DNA of 30,842 nt, taken from positions 108,564-139,405 of the forward strand of contig NW_008246068.1 of NCBI RefSeq assembly GCF_000281045.1, given 5' to 3'. Under the pieces are notes generated by a model. That model saw only the letters and a program-made list of their open reading frames with translations, made no database searches and had not been told where the DNA came from. The DNA is from Saprolegnia diclina VS20 (lineage: Eukaryota). Below are positions 21,408 through 30,842 of this stretch, one piece after another (within the stretch, counting starts at the first letter, position 1; every line of letters starts with the position of its first letter). A program made the position numbers and the translations under genes.

Positions 21408-22856
21408 ATGGAAGCCCCGCTGGTCAAGACCGGGCTCTCGACCGTCGACTCGACGGACGCACAAGCCATGGGCGTCAAGACGTTCGGGCCCGTGCTCACG
21501 GTCGCGATGGCGCTCAACTATATGATTGGCACGGGCTGCTTCGGGCTGCCGTACGCCTTTTCGATTGCCGGCATTGGGCTCACGTCGCTCTTTGTCATTG
21601 TCGGCTACATGGGCGCGCTCGTGACGCAAAACTACACGCTCGAGGCAATGGCCCGCGCGGACGGCGTCGCGACGGCGGCGCCCGGTGCGCTGCCGCTGAA
21701 CCGCCTCACGTTCAACAAGTACGGCTTCTCGCGCATCGGCGAGATTTTCGATGGCAAGCGCGGGTACGTGACGGTGCAGTCGGTGCTCGTCTGCTACTGC
21801 CTCGGGTCGCTCTGGTCGTATGCGAGCATCTTTGCGTCGTCGACCGCGTCCGTCTTCTACACGTACGTCCTCGACGACGTCTGCGATGTGTACGCACCGC
21901 ACACGACCCTCGGATGCATGGAAGCGTACTACATTTGCATGTTCCTCTTCACCGTCATGACCATCACGCTCGTGCTCATGGACCTTGGCGACCAAGCGGT
22001 TATCCAAAAATTCTTGTCCGCCTACCGCATCCTTGCGTTTGGCATCATGTTTGTCACGATGGCCTTCAAGCTCAGCGTCGACGGTGCGAGCGCGGTTGCG
22101 GACCGCCTTGCCGCGCGCGAGCACTGGGCGTTCAACCTGCGCAATTTTGGTGCTGGCTTTGGCCCGACGCTGCTGGCGCTCAACTGCCAGTACAACATGC
22201 CCGACTTGCTCCAGCCGGTCGAGTTCTCCAAGAAGGGCCTCGTGCGCCGCATCACGTACACGTCGATTTCGATCTCGGCGTTCTGCTACTTCCTGCTCGG
22301 TTTCCTCGGCTCGATCGCATTTGATTCGGTCAACCCGCTCGCCACGTTGATGTGGACCGACTTTTCCGGCTGTGGCAACGGCTGGTCGGTGTGCGAGTCG
22401 GGTCGCCCGACGTGGTACGGCTCGGTCATCCACATTATTGTCGTCATGTTTCCTGTCATGAACGTCGCGTCGTCGTTCCCGATGATTGGGCTCACGGTTG
22501 CCGGCAACATTCTGCCGTCGCTGCCGAAAGCCATCACGGCACCGCTTGGCCCGCGCCGGACCCAGGACTTTTCGCGCGTCCTTGCGGTCACGCCACCGCT
22601 CTTGCTTGCAGCGATCTTCAAGAAGCTCGACGCGATCTTTACGTATGCCGGGATCCTCGGCTTCGCCATTGGTCTCATCATCCCCGCTTGGTTCCAAGTC
22701 GTGAGCGTCAAGTACTGTCGCCGCGTCTACGGCAACACTGAGGCCGAGAAGACGCCGTTTACGGTCCCCGTCTTAAGCTCGCTTGCGTTCTCCACCGGGT
22801 TTCTGTATGCGATGTTTGTGGTCACGTTTGTCGCTGTCGTGTCGCTTTTTGCTTGA
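21408..22856 (+). CDS. Amino acid transporter (Aa_trans/AAAP family, TMEM104-like)
   Basis: Intronless ORF with about 11 TM segments. The motif LNYMIGTGCFGLPYAF...EAMARA resembles TMEM104/SLC38-type TM1. Confidence 0.88.
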   Translation: MEAPLVKTGLSTVDSTDAQAMGVKTFGPVLTVAMALNYMIGTGCFGLPYAFSIAGIGLTSLFVIVGYMGALVTQNYTLEAMARADGVATAAPGALPLNRLTFNKYGFSRIGEIFDGKRGYVTVQSVLVCYCLGSLWSYASIFASSTASVFYTYVLDDVCDVYAPHTTLGCMEAYYICMFLFTVMTITLVLMDLGDQAVIQKFLSAYRILAFGIMFVTMAFKLSVDGASAVADRLAAREHWAFNLRNFGAGFGPTLLALNCQYNMPDLLQPVEFSKKGLVRRITYTSISISAFCYFLLGFLGSIAFDSVNPLATLMWTDFSGCGNGWSVCESGRPTWYGSVIHIIVVMFPVMNVASSFPMIGLTVAGNILPSLPKAITAPLGPRRTQDFSRVLAVTPPLLLAAIFKKLDAIFTYAGILGFAIGLIIPAWFQVVSVKYCRRVYGNTEAEKTPFTVPVLSSLAFSTGFLYAMFVVTFVAVVSLFA

Positions 22857-23571
22857 TTTTGGAGAATTGATTCGATTATGACTCGTGGAATCCCTGCAGA
22901 AATGCCAGATGCCAAGAGTTCTGAGCTAAATATCGTGCTAGGTCGATGCGGCTGGCTATAAGTACTGAGCTGTCTACAAGATCTATAAGGTTGGCGGAAT
23001 AAGATTGGAGCTAAGCTTATGCAAGGTCTAAGACGTTGGAACGCCGTGATGCTGGCATGCAACTCGTATTGATACGAGCTTGCGTTTGGGATCGCAAAGC
23101 AGCTTCGTGTTGGTCACTGGTGTCGCTCTACGTCAATGAAAACGTGCTGGATGATTGGCTACATTTCTGCGGGCAAACTCGACAACTTGAGAGCTGTCAT
23201 GTCGCGTGACCAGCCACTTGATACTCCATCTTTCGGCTGAACATCACGCAATTTTGAATTACCGACGGCGTGATCGTCTAGATGGGCAATGTGGCGAGTC
23301 GAGCTTCGGTCCTTCGAGAGCGGGCGGCGGATGCGAGGTTGGCACACGACACGTAAGCTCAAGACAATATATTGTAGACTGGTATGCAGAGAAAAACCTG
23401 GGCCACTGATCGAGCAGCAGCTGAGCGAGGCGAGACGGGGCGTGTAAAACGAAGGACGTGGACTTGAACTGGGGTTGATACTTGGTTGATATCATGAGTC
23501 AATATTGACCCATGTTGATATGCAGCGTATCCGGCGTGGTTAACCGCCACAGCAATGGCCTTTGATGGTAG

Positions 23572-23890
23572 GTACAATCTCGCGCTCTGCCCGTCACGCG
23601 GCCGTACCTTCTGATCGCGTTTGGTGGGGGACGTCGGGTGCGTCCTCTTACGAAGCAATGAAGTGTGGTGGACCCCGAGCTAGGCGCTGACGACCTGCTT
23701 TTCGACGACCGCACTATCGCCGAGATCAACGTCTACGAAGGCCACTTTGGTGCGGCCGACTCGCAGCTGTCGCATCGCTGTCGTGCCCAGAATGACAAGC
23801 GCAGAGACCAAGGGAATTCACTTCGGGCTGAAGTGGTCTCCTGCTGGATGGTGTGTACCGTTGACAACCGCGTCTCTACGCGCCAAGTCG
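23572..23890 (+). pseudogene. Probable C2-domain relic
   Basis: Two frames joined read VTRPYLLIAFGG...VDPELG...IAEINVYEGHFGAADSQL...SCWMVCTVDNRV. This is collinear with the C2 domain of 7546-9822 (KRPYALVRY...VDPAG...QVDVYD...QWFKLSLHDKI). Aligned by eye only. Confidence 0.4.
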
Positions 23891-24083
23891 CACCTTCTCG
23901 GGGCTTCGAAGGGGCAAGCGATGAGCTCGACCTGTCGACGGCGACACAACACGCATTCGAGCCAAGTATGAATGTATCAATCAAAGGAAAAATTATTCCG
24001 TCGGAATCAAGAGACTCGTTTCTGTCTTGCGACTGTAACCAACAACACTACATTACTTGTTATGCACATGACATTTGTCGTAG

Positions 24084-25277
24084 CTACCACCAAACATCTT
24101 CATCGTCGCTACTTGCTCCCGAAGAAGGCGACAATATATCTACATGCCGTACGCGCTCCTGAAGGAGGAAGACCTCGAGTCGTGGACTGCGTTGGACGGA
24201 CACCAGGCAGGCTGAGAGACCTCGCGGGCCCCCCGAGATGTCGAGATGCAAGAGCCGTGGCAGTTGGAGTGCGGCGACAACGATGGCTGTCGCCTCGGCC
24301 AAATTCAAACGGCTGGCGTCCATCGAGAAGTGCGTCAAGCGGGCGAAGGCAAGAGCGTCGACCACCAAGCTACCGCGTCCATCGAGGTCGGCCAAGGTCA
24401 CGTCTCGCGAGTGCGGGCTTGTCGGTTCGCTCTTGAAGAGACGTAGACGGCGCAAATGACGTGGCAGCGGCTGCGACAAGAACGCTGGCACAAGATCCTT
24501 GTCGTAGTCGAGCTCAAGTTCCCGCAGCGTATTGCAGTTGCGTAGTGCTGTCGCGAGTACTGTGGCGTCGGTAGCACTGACGTTGACATCGGACAAGTGC
24601 AAGCGCGTCGCTGGTCGCGTCGACAGCCATTGAGTAAGGCACTTGACGCCATCGGAGGTCGCTAACAAGCTACCACCGATGAGGCGCAGGTCCACGACGT
24701 GCGACTGGAGCAGCATCTGCCACACGGCCGGCGCGAGTGACGTGGGAAAGGCATCATCGTGAAAGACGTACAGAGGCGGATTCATCTGGAGCGTGTACTT
24801 GAGCTGCGAGGTAATGACGCTGACAGCCCGCAGAGCTGGCGCCGACATCAATGCTTCAGCCAAGCTGGAGATGTCGAGCGCCGTCGCATTGGTCTGTAGA
24901 TGCAACGTGCAGCTCGTCCATATACCTCTCGCAATGTTGATAGTCGCCGGCGCCATCCATCCGACAGCCGCACCGTCCTGGACATGCGGGTGCTCACGGC
25001 GCAAGGCGTCGATGGACTCGTTGCGCTGAAAATACGTGTCGATGTCAAAGATAGTCACCTCATTGCACATAACGTTGTACTGTACGACGGGCCAGAGGTC
25101 GTTGGGCCGCACAAACCAGTCGTCGACAAGGGCGAGGAAGCTCTGCCATGAGCCATCGAGGTCCGCGGGGTTGATGGCCTCGAGCAGCCTGCGCAGCGTG
25201 ACGCCACTGGCGACGAAGCCAGCGATCGCGCGCACCAGCTCGGGCGTCGAGGCGACGGTCATCGCGCTGCGGCTCAT
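24084..25277 (-). CDS. RNI-like/LRR protein of a Saprolegniales-type expanded family, copy A
   Basis: 397-aa ORF with an F-box-like start (PELVRAIAGFV), DLWP, and RNI-like LATALRNCNTLRELEL. It is a clear paralogue of 28778-30001. Confidence 0.82.
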   Translation of the reverse strand: MSRSAMTVASTPELVRAIAGFVASGVTLRRLLEAINPADLDGSWQSFLALVDDWFVRPNDLWPVVQYNVMCNEVTIFDIDTYFQRNESIDALRREHPHVQDGAAVGWMAPATINIARGIWTSCTLHLQTNATALDISSLAEALMSAPALRAVSVITSQLKYTLQMNPPLYVFHDDAFPTSLAPAVWQMLLQSHVVDLRLIGGSLLATSDGVKCLTQWLSTRPATRLHLSDVNVSATDATVLATALRNCNTLRELELDYDKDLVPAFLSQPLPRHLRRLRLFKSEPTSPHSRDVTLADLDGRGSLVVDALAFARLTHFSMDASRLNLAEATAIVVAALQLPRLLHLDISGGPRGLSACLVSVQRSPRLEVFLLQERVRHVDILSPSSGASSDDEDVWW

Positions 25278-25613
25278 GTGTGTGGCCGGCTTCCAGCGGC
25301 AAGCTGCTGCCGGGTTGTCAAAGGCGGTGGGTTGCGTTGTTTTAGTCCTTTCCGGATGGTTTCCAGCCAGAATCTACAGTCGTGTCCGGATGACTCTACG
25401 TATCCGGATAATCAAATGCACACCAATCTGCCACGTAAACGTACAAGCAAGTGCCAACGAGTGGCATATCATTGCATCAACTAGCCTTCCAATATACGCT
25501 GTATTTGTACCCACTTACAGTGTATTTTTTCACTTGGTCGCCTCGCACCCAGTCCAGTTGTCCGCTTGACAGTACGCTTATTGCGTGTCGCTCAATCAAG
25601 ACGCTGCGAGTCA

Positions 25614-26015
25614 GCGCTACATGCCATTCAACGTCCGCACGTGACTTCAAGTTAAACTGATTGGGTGGAAGCGGACCGTCATGCAAACGACCGCGTCCGG
25701 TCAGCGACTTTGGCGGGAACCTTGACGATGACAATGTGTCTACAATGGACGGTGACGACTTTTGGACGGCACCAGAGCTTTTCAAGGCAAGACAATCTCT
25801 GTCGCAACATATCTTGATGGACTCGGTTTGCTTTTCACCTTTGTCAAAACACTGTATAACCACCCGCGCAAGAATACTACTCGCCGCCTCATGCGAATTG
25901 TGGCTAGCAACTTGCGCCCGACTGTACCAAAGCGCGTCCTCGATGGTACCACCAATTCGCACTGGATTGCATGCACCGCCCGACGGCTTCACACGTCGTC
26001 GCAACACTGCATGCG
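25614..26015 (+). pseudogene. Degenerate TKL kinase C-lobe with several frameshifts
   Basis: Reading across frames gives ALHAIQRPH/RDFK...DRVR/SDFGGNLDDDNVSTMDGDDFWTAPELF/GKTISVATYLDGLGLLFTFVKTL...MRIVASNLRPTVP/PRWYHQFALDCMHRPTASHVVATL. This follows subdomains VIb-XI of the neighbouring kinases in order. Confidence 0.8.
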
Positions 26016-26659
26016 GCGATCGAAGACTTTACTTGAGCTTGAATCAAGGAGCTCGGTCGCGATCGTGCCAAGGCTCTAGCAATCACGCGCTAGCTCACTG
26101 CATGCATATCTTTTGGTTTACGAAGTTGAACACGCTGGACGTCACACGCTGCATCAACGCTCGTATTGCTGGTTTCAACGATAACATGCAGAGTTGTAGC
26201 GAAGTTGTAAGTTGAAGGAGTCGTCCTTCGCCATCCGTTTCGCAGATCATTGACGGGTCATCCGTGCACACGTCATGCATATCAAATGGCCGTGCCGCGG
26301 CCCAATCCCGCGCCGATGTACCCAGTGAGTAGGGTTCTGACATGTGCGGGTACACCATACGGTCCCTGATCATTCAGACCGTGCATTTCCTCTTAACCGC
26401 TGTAATCTCTAGTTCGCACTCTCTCGACCTTGCAGCGGACTTGTAGGACTATGGTCGATAACCATTTGGAAATGCAGCTCAAACGATGAAATATATTGCA
26501 CTGTCTGCGCTATCCTGCACATTTTTGTTGGCGCTACGCGGAGTGTTGCGCTCGTTGTACAAGATCACTTCCGATCACAATCGAATACCTACCAATGTGA
26601 GACAACTCGTCCCAAGTTGGACTTCGTCTGTCCGCCAAGTGTCTGCGTCTGGCTCGAGT

Positions 26660-26675
26660 GCCCATTTTGCATTTC
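26660..26675 (+). promoter_or_regulatory. Candidate oomycete INR/FPR core promoter
   Basis: gcccattttgcatttc lies about 15 nt upstream of ATG 26690 and closely matches the GCYCATTYYNCAWTTY-type element. Confidence 0.55.
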
Positions 26676-26689
26676 ACACCAGTACTCAT

Positions 26690-28365
26690 ATGCAGCGCGC
26701 TTCCGACGTGGCTCTTCGCTACTCGACTGCGTCGATCGACAAGCTCAATACTGAAGCGTACGTCGGCGTGGCCACCCCGAAAATTGACTTGGAAGGCGGT
26801 GCACTCCGCGCCGGCGGGCCGCCCGTCTACACGAGTCGAGAGGTGCTTGCCCTCCTCTTCCAGTATGGCTGCGCTGGCATTCTCTTGGGCGGCTTCAGTA
26901 GCATCAGTTACCCGCTCTTCACGGGCTACTTCCATATGACCGGTGCGCAGTCCAACTCGGTTCGGACGCTTATGGGCCTTGGCTGGACGTGCAAGGTCTT
27001 CTTCGGCCTCCTCACCGACTGCGTTCCGATCTGCGGCTACCGTCGCAAGTCGTGGATCATCATCGGGTGGCTCTGCTGCCTTGCAGTCATGCTTGGCATC
27101 GCTTGCATGGACCTCGGGCGTCCGTACTACGGGGACCCAGCGCTTCTGGACATTCCGCCCGAGAATCTCACGGCCGCCGACCTCGCCCAAATCAACGAGT
27201 CGGCGCCGACGACGGGGGGCACGCTCGCGATCCTGATCGGCCTTGCGACTGCGTTCTACGTTGTGACCGACTCGGCCGCCGACGGGCTCGTCACGAGTAC
27301 GCGCAGCGCGAGCCCGCGTCGGTGCGCGGACGCATTCAGTCGCTGGCGTACGCCGTGCGGACGGGCTTTTGCACGATCTCGATGGTGATTGTGGGCGTGT
27401 GCATGAACTCGCCGCGGTTTGCCGGCAGCTTTGACTGGGACTTTGGCGTCAACACGATCTTCATCGTCTTTTGCGCGCCGTGCGTGCTCATGCCGCCCGT
27501 GGCTTTCTTTTTCATTCACGACACCAAGATGCCGCCGTTCGACCTGCGGTCGTACCTCCAGCAGACTTGGGCGACGATCCAGCGGCGGGTGACGTGGCAG
27601 CTCGTCCTCTTCATCTTCTTCTCGCAGCTCCTCGGCGGCTACAGCCTTACGACGACCGCGGGCCCGTACGTCATGATGGTGTGGGCCAACGTCAAGAACC
27701 TCCAGAGCCAAATCCAGGCCATGGCGTATGCTGGTGTCCTCAGTATTGTCGTCGCGATCATTGGCAAGTACGGCACGCACTGGAACTGGCGCGTTGTCGT
27801 CGTCTCGACCACGCTCTCGGTGGTCGTTATTGACTCGATCGTGCAATTCTGCACCATCTTCAACGTGTGGCGGTCGCCCTATTTCTACTTGGGCGCGCCG
27901 CTCGTCGAGTCGGTGCCCCTCGGTATTCAGTACATTGTCACGACATTTTTGATCGCCGAAGTCGCCGGCGTTGGCAACGAAGGCATGATGGTCGGCCTCT
28001 TCATGACGACGTTCAACCTCCCGAGCACGGTCGGCCCGGTGCTTGCCAACATGCTCTACGCGTCCTTTGAGGTGGATGCGACTTCGATCAGCGCGGATTC
28101 GATGGCCACCCGATACCAAGTCGCGTACTCGTACGTGATTTACTACGCAGCAATGCTATTGTCGTGCGTTACGGTCGTGCTGCTGCCACCCCAAAAGGCC
28201 GAGTTGCACCAGCTCCAGCGCGACGCAGGGTCGTACCCGAAGGTTGCGATCGCCGTGTGCATTTTCATTGTCGTCATGTTTGTTGTTGCCGTCACGGGCA
28301 GCGTCCTCTCAATGTTTCCGTCGACGTCGTGCCTCTTGCTCGCGGGCGGGTCGGGCTGCGAGTAG
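26690..28365 (+). CDS. Folate-biopterin (BT1/FBT, MFS) transporter with an apparent 1-nt frameshift near 27295
   Basis: The 5' frame has LEGGALRAGGPP, WTCKVFFGLLTDCVPICGYRRKSW and DSAADGLV. The 3' frame continues EYAQREPASVRGRIQ to CLLLAGGSGCE*. Likely start is ATG 26690. Confidence 0.88.
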
Positions 28366-28777
28366 ATAGATATCACTCTAACACTAAGACTAAAGAAAGA
28401 GCTAAAGAAATAGCGTTTTCGTTTGTAATTTACGGTGGATGCCGCTGCTCTTATCTACATCGTACTAGTAGTCCATGGGTCGCATGCCTCGGACGTCTTT
28501 GACACCTGTGTGAGGTATGTCTTTGAGTTCTCAAGCTCTTAGCTGCTCTTAGACTACTCATGTGTGATGTCGCTGTGAGCAAAACTGGTAAATCCGGTTA
28601 CCAATTGCGTAACCGGATGACCACCATCGACAACGATAGACTTGCCACGGATCGTGAGCACGACCCGTGGCAGCCAGCTGTATCAGCCAGATCGCTTGTA
28701 AGTGTTGGTGGCGTTGCCGCGCCCCTTCGTTGCGTCCAAGTCCGCCCAGCCACTCTACGTTTCTTGCTATCGCAATC

Positions 28778-30001
28778 ATGACTTCGGCCCAAAGCGCGGT
28801 GGTCATTGCCTCAAAACCCGAGCTACTGCGCACCATTGTTAGCTTTATTGCATGCGGGACCACACTGCACGCGCTGCTTGACGCGTGCGACCGGAAGGAC
28901 CTCGATGCCACGTGGCGGAGCTTTCTACGCCTCGTCGCCGAGTGGTCGTTGCCGCCTACTGACCTCTGGCCGGTTCTACAGTACGATGCCATGCGCCACG
29001 AGCTTGGCCACCGCGTCTGGACAGACTCTGACACCCAAAGCCTCTGGGGGAGCGACATCGACACGTACTTTCGCTGCAACAAGACCATCGACGCCATGCG
29101 CAGAGTCCACAAAAACGTGGTCGACGGTATCTCTGTCGGGTGGATGGCGCCAGCCACAATCAACATCGCGCGAGGCGTTTGGACGAGCTGCACGCTGTAT
29201 CTGCAGGCCAAGGCCACGGCGCTCGACATCGCTCGCCTTGCTGCCGCGTTGGCGTCGGCGTCGGCTCTGCGCGCGGTGAGTGTCATCGCGCCTCAGGTGC
29301 GATATACGATCGAGACCAACCCGCCGATGCACGTCTTTGGCGACGTTCTCTTCCCGCCGTCGCTCGAGCCGGCCGTGTGGCGGGCGCTGCTCCAGTCGCA
29401 CGTCGTGGACCTGCGCCTCGTCGGTGGCAGCTTCTTAGCGACCTCCGATGGCGTCAAGCGCCTTATTCAATGGCTCTCGACGCGACCAGTGATGCGTTTG
29501 CACTTGTCCGATGTCCACGTCAGTGCTATCGACGCCGCGGCACTCGCGACAGCACTGCGCAACTGCACAACGCTGCGGGAACTTGAGCTCGGGTATGACA
29601 AGGATCTTGTGCCAGCGTTCTTGTCGCAGCCGCTGCCACGTCATTTACGCCGTCTACGTCTTTTCAAGAGCGAACCGACAAGCCCGCACTCGCGGGACAT
29701 AACCATGGCCGACCTCGATGGACGCGGCAGCTTGGTCGTCGACGCTGTTGCCTTCGCCCACTTGACGCACTTTTCAATGGACGCGAGCAATCTCGACGCG
29801 ACAGATATTGTTTTGATTTCAACCGCTGCGCTCAAGCTCCCACGGCTCTCGCATCTCAACATCTCGAAGACACCGCGTGGGTTCTCTGCCACCGCCTCGC
29901 TGAACAAGTCCGAACATGCTGCACGGCTCGACGTCTATCGAATCGAAGAGCGACCCCTGTTCATAGCAATGGACATGTTTGATGGGATAAGCGATTACTA
30001 A
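28778..30001 (+). CDS. RNI-like/LRR protein, copy B
   Basis: First ATG at 28778 (MTSAQSAVVIASKPELLRTIVSFI). Collinear with and highly similar to 24084-25277. Confidence 0.82.
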   Translation: MTSAQSAVVIASKPELLRTIVSFIACGTTLHALLDACDRKDLDATWRSFLRLVAEWSLPPTDLWPVLQYDAMRHELGHRVWTDSDTQSLWGSDIDTYFRCNKTIDAMRRVHKNVVDGISVGWMAPATINIARGVWTSCTLYLQAKATALDIARLAAALASASALRAVSVIAPQVRYTIETNPPMHVFGDVLFPPSLEPAVWRALLQSHVVDLRLVGGSFLATSDGVKRLIQWLSTRPVMRLHLSDVHVSAIDAAALATALRNCTTLRELELGYDKDLVPAFLSQPLPRHLRRLRLFKSEPTSPHSRDITMADLDGRGSLVVDAVAFAHLTHFSMDASNLDATDIVLISTAALKLPRLSHLNISKTPRGFSATASLNKSEHAARLDVYRIEERPLFIAMDMFDGISDY

Positions 30002-30199
30002 TGAGGTGTAATGTACGTTGGTCTAATGTACATATTGGCCAAACGCCTGATGCGGTCACAGAGCAATCAAACCTTATGGTCACCATGATATTTTGGGAAT
30101 GCGTGCAAAAGTATCAAGTCCAAGTCCGAAAATATCACCGCATAGTTTCAACCATGGACGTCCTCAATGTAGCATTTGAGAATACGACGTTCCAGTACG

Positions 30200-30461
30200 A
30201 TGGAGATGACCGTCCACTCAACAAAGACCCTCACGACCACGGCTCTCGGCGATTCCATCTCGCGCCCGTACGCGGCAGCGACACACCTCGACCCCGCGGT
30301 CAACGGCCCGCTAGACGCTACCGCGTCGCTGCTCAACTATTGCCTCCACGATTACGCTTAACGTCTTCGAGACGGACCCAAATGGCCGCGCCGATGCGCC
30401 GATTGGCCACGGCGAGGTGCGATTTAGCGGTGCAGCAGTTCGCGATAGATACGTTCAATGA
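30200..30461 (+). pseudogene. C2-domain relic
   Basis: MEMTVHSTKTL...ISRPYA...THLDPA, then in a second frame STITLNVFETDPNGRADAPIGHGEVRF. This aligns with LVVKVPQAHDL...KRPYA...TDVDPA...YLQVDVYDLDTHDGPGAAIGTCEVPV of the C2-kinase. Confidence 0.55.
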
Positions 30462-30569
30462 CGGTAGTGTGTTTGGTGGCGATTGTGACTACTAGTTACA
30501 TGTACGAGTCGCAATCTCATGCATAAAACTTAAACTACAGTAGTGTTGACACAGGTTCTTTGGGTCCCT

Positions 30570-30842
30570 CTACAACTGAGCCTGCAACATGGCCACCACC
30601 GTGGCGGCTGTCGGACGAGTAGATGCATCTTGGGCCATGCACTCGAGCGCCAGCTGCTTGTACCACGGCGGGCACGACGCACTCAGCGACGGACGGAGTT
30701 GTCCCATCGCAATCTGCATCACACGTTGAGCGAGGACACCAGGTGCACCGCTGTAAGGCTCTTGACGGGTCTCAAGCTGCGTCAAAAGGACGCCGAGAGC
30801 GTAAACTTCCGATTCCTTCGACGTACGTTGGCCGCAGATCAC
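30570..30842 (-). CDS. 3' end of another TKL kinase or pseudokinase gene (truncated by the window edge)
   Basis: SEVYALGVLLTQLETRQEPY...GQLRPSLSASCPPWYKQLALECMAQDASTRPTA is most similar to the last domain of 7546-9822. Confidence 0.88.
   Translation of the reverse strand: MICGQRTSKESEVYALGVLLTQLETRQEPYSGAPGVLAQRVMQIAMGQLRPSLSASCPPWYKQLALECMAQDASTRPTAATVVAMLQAQL

Noticed and set aside
21278..22697. Long alternative-frame and antisense ORFs (348 and 437 aa), with similar cases over other genes
   Set aside because: They are shadows of GC-rich codon bias over real genes, Arg/Ala-rich and without motifs.
26486..26689. Upstream ATG extension of the BT1 ORF
   Set aside because: It is AT-richer and does not resemble the family. 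An INR/FPR-like element just before ATG 26690 favours the later start.
1..30842. tRNA, rRNA, transposase or reverse transcriptase genes
   Set aside because: None recognised. Small ncRNAs cannot be excluded without a covariance-model search.

Overview
Gene-dense eukaryotic DNA from an oomycete, most likely Saprolegniales (Achlya/Saprolegnia-like). The assignment is inferred from the gene families, GC-rich coding sequence and tiny GT-AG introns. Genes I can support: a partial ankyrin-repeat gene, a triple-domain TKL kinase, RagA/Gtr1, a Spinster-type MFS transporter, a C2-kinase-pseudokinase, an HA-repeat protein, malonyl-CoA decarboxylase, a TM+LRR protein, NR2C2AP, a membrane-anchored GH16-like protein, an ARM+IQ protein, a TMEM104-like amino acid transporter, two inverted RNI/LRR-like paralogues, a frameshifted BT1 transporter and a partial kinase. 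The most notable signals are four. (i) A local family of tandem kinase-pseudokinase genes with unannotated C2 and kinase relics. (ii) All 23 introns I reconstructed by hand are 42-59 nt and end in TAG. (iii) Two recurrent intergenic motifs, TATCCGGA and TACTAGTA. (iv) A 124-nt tract with no C on the + strand. All calls come from reading the sequence; no database search was run.
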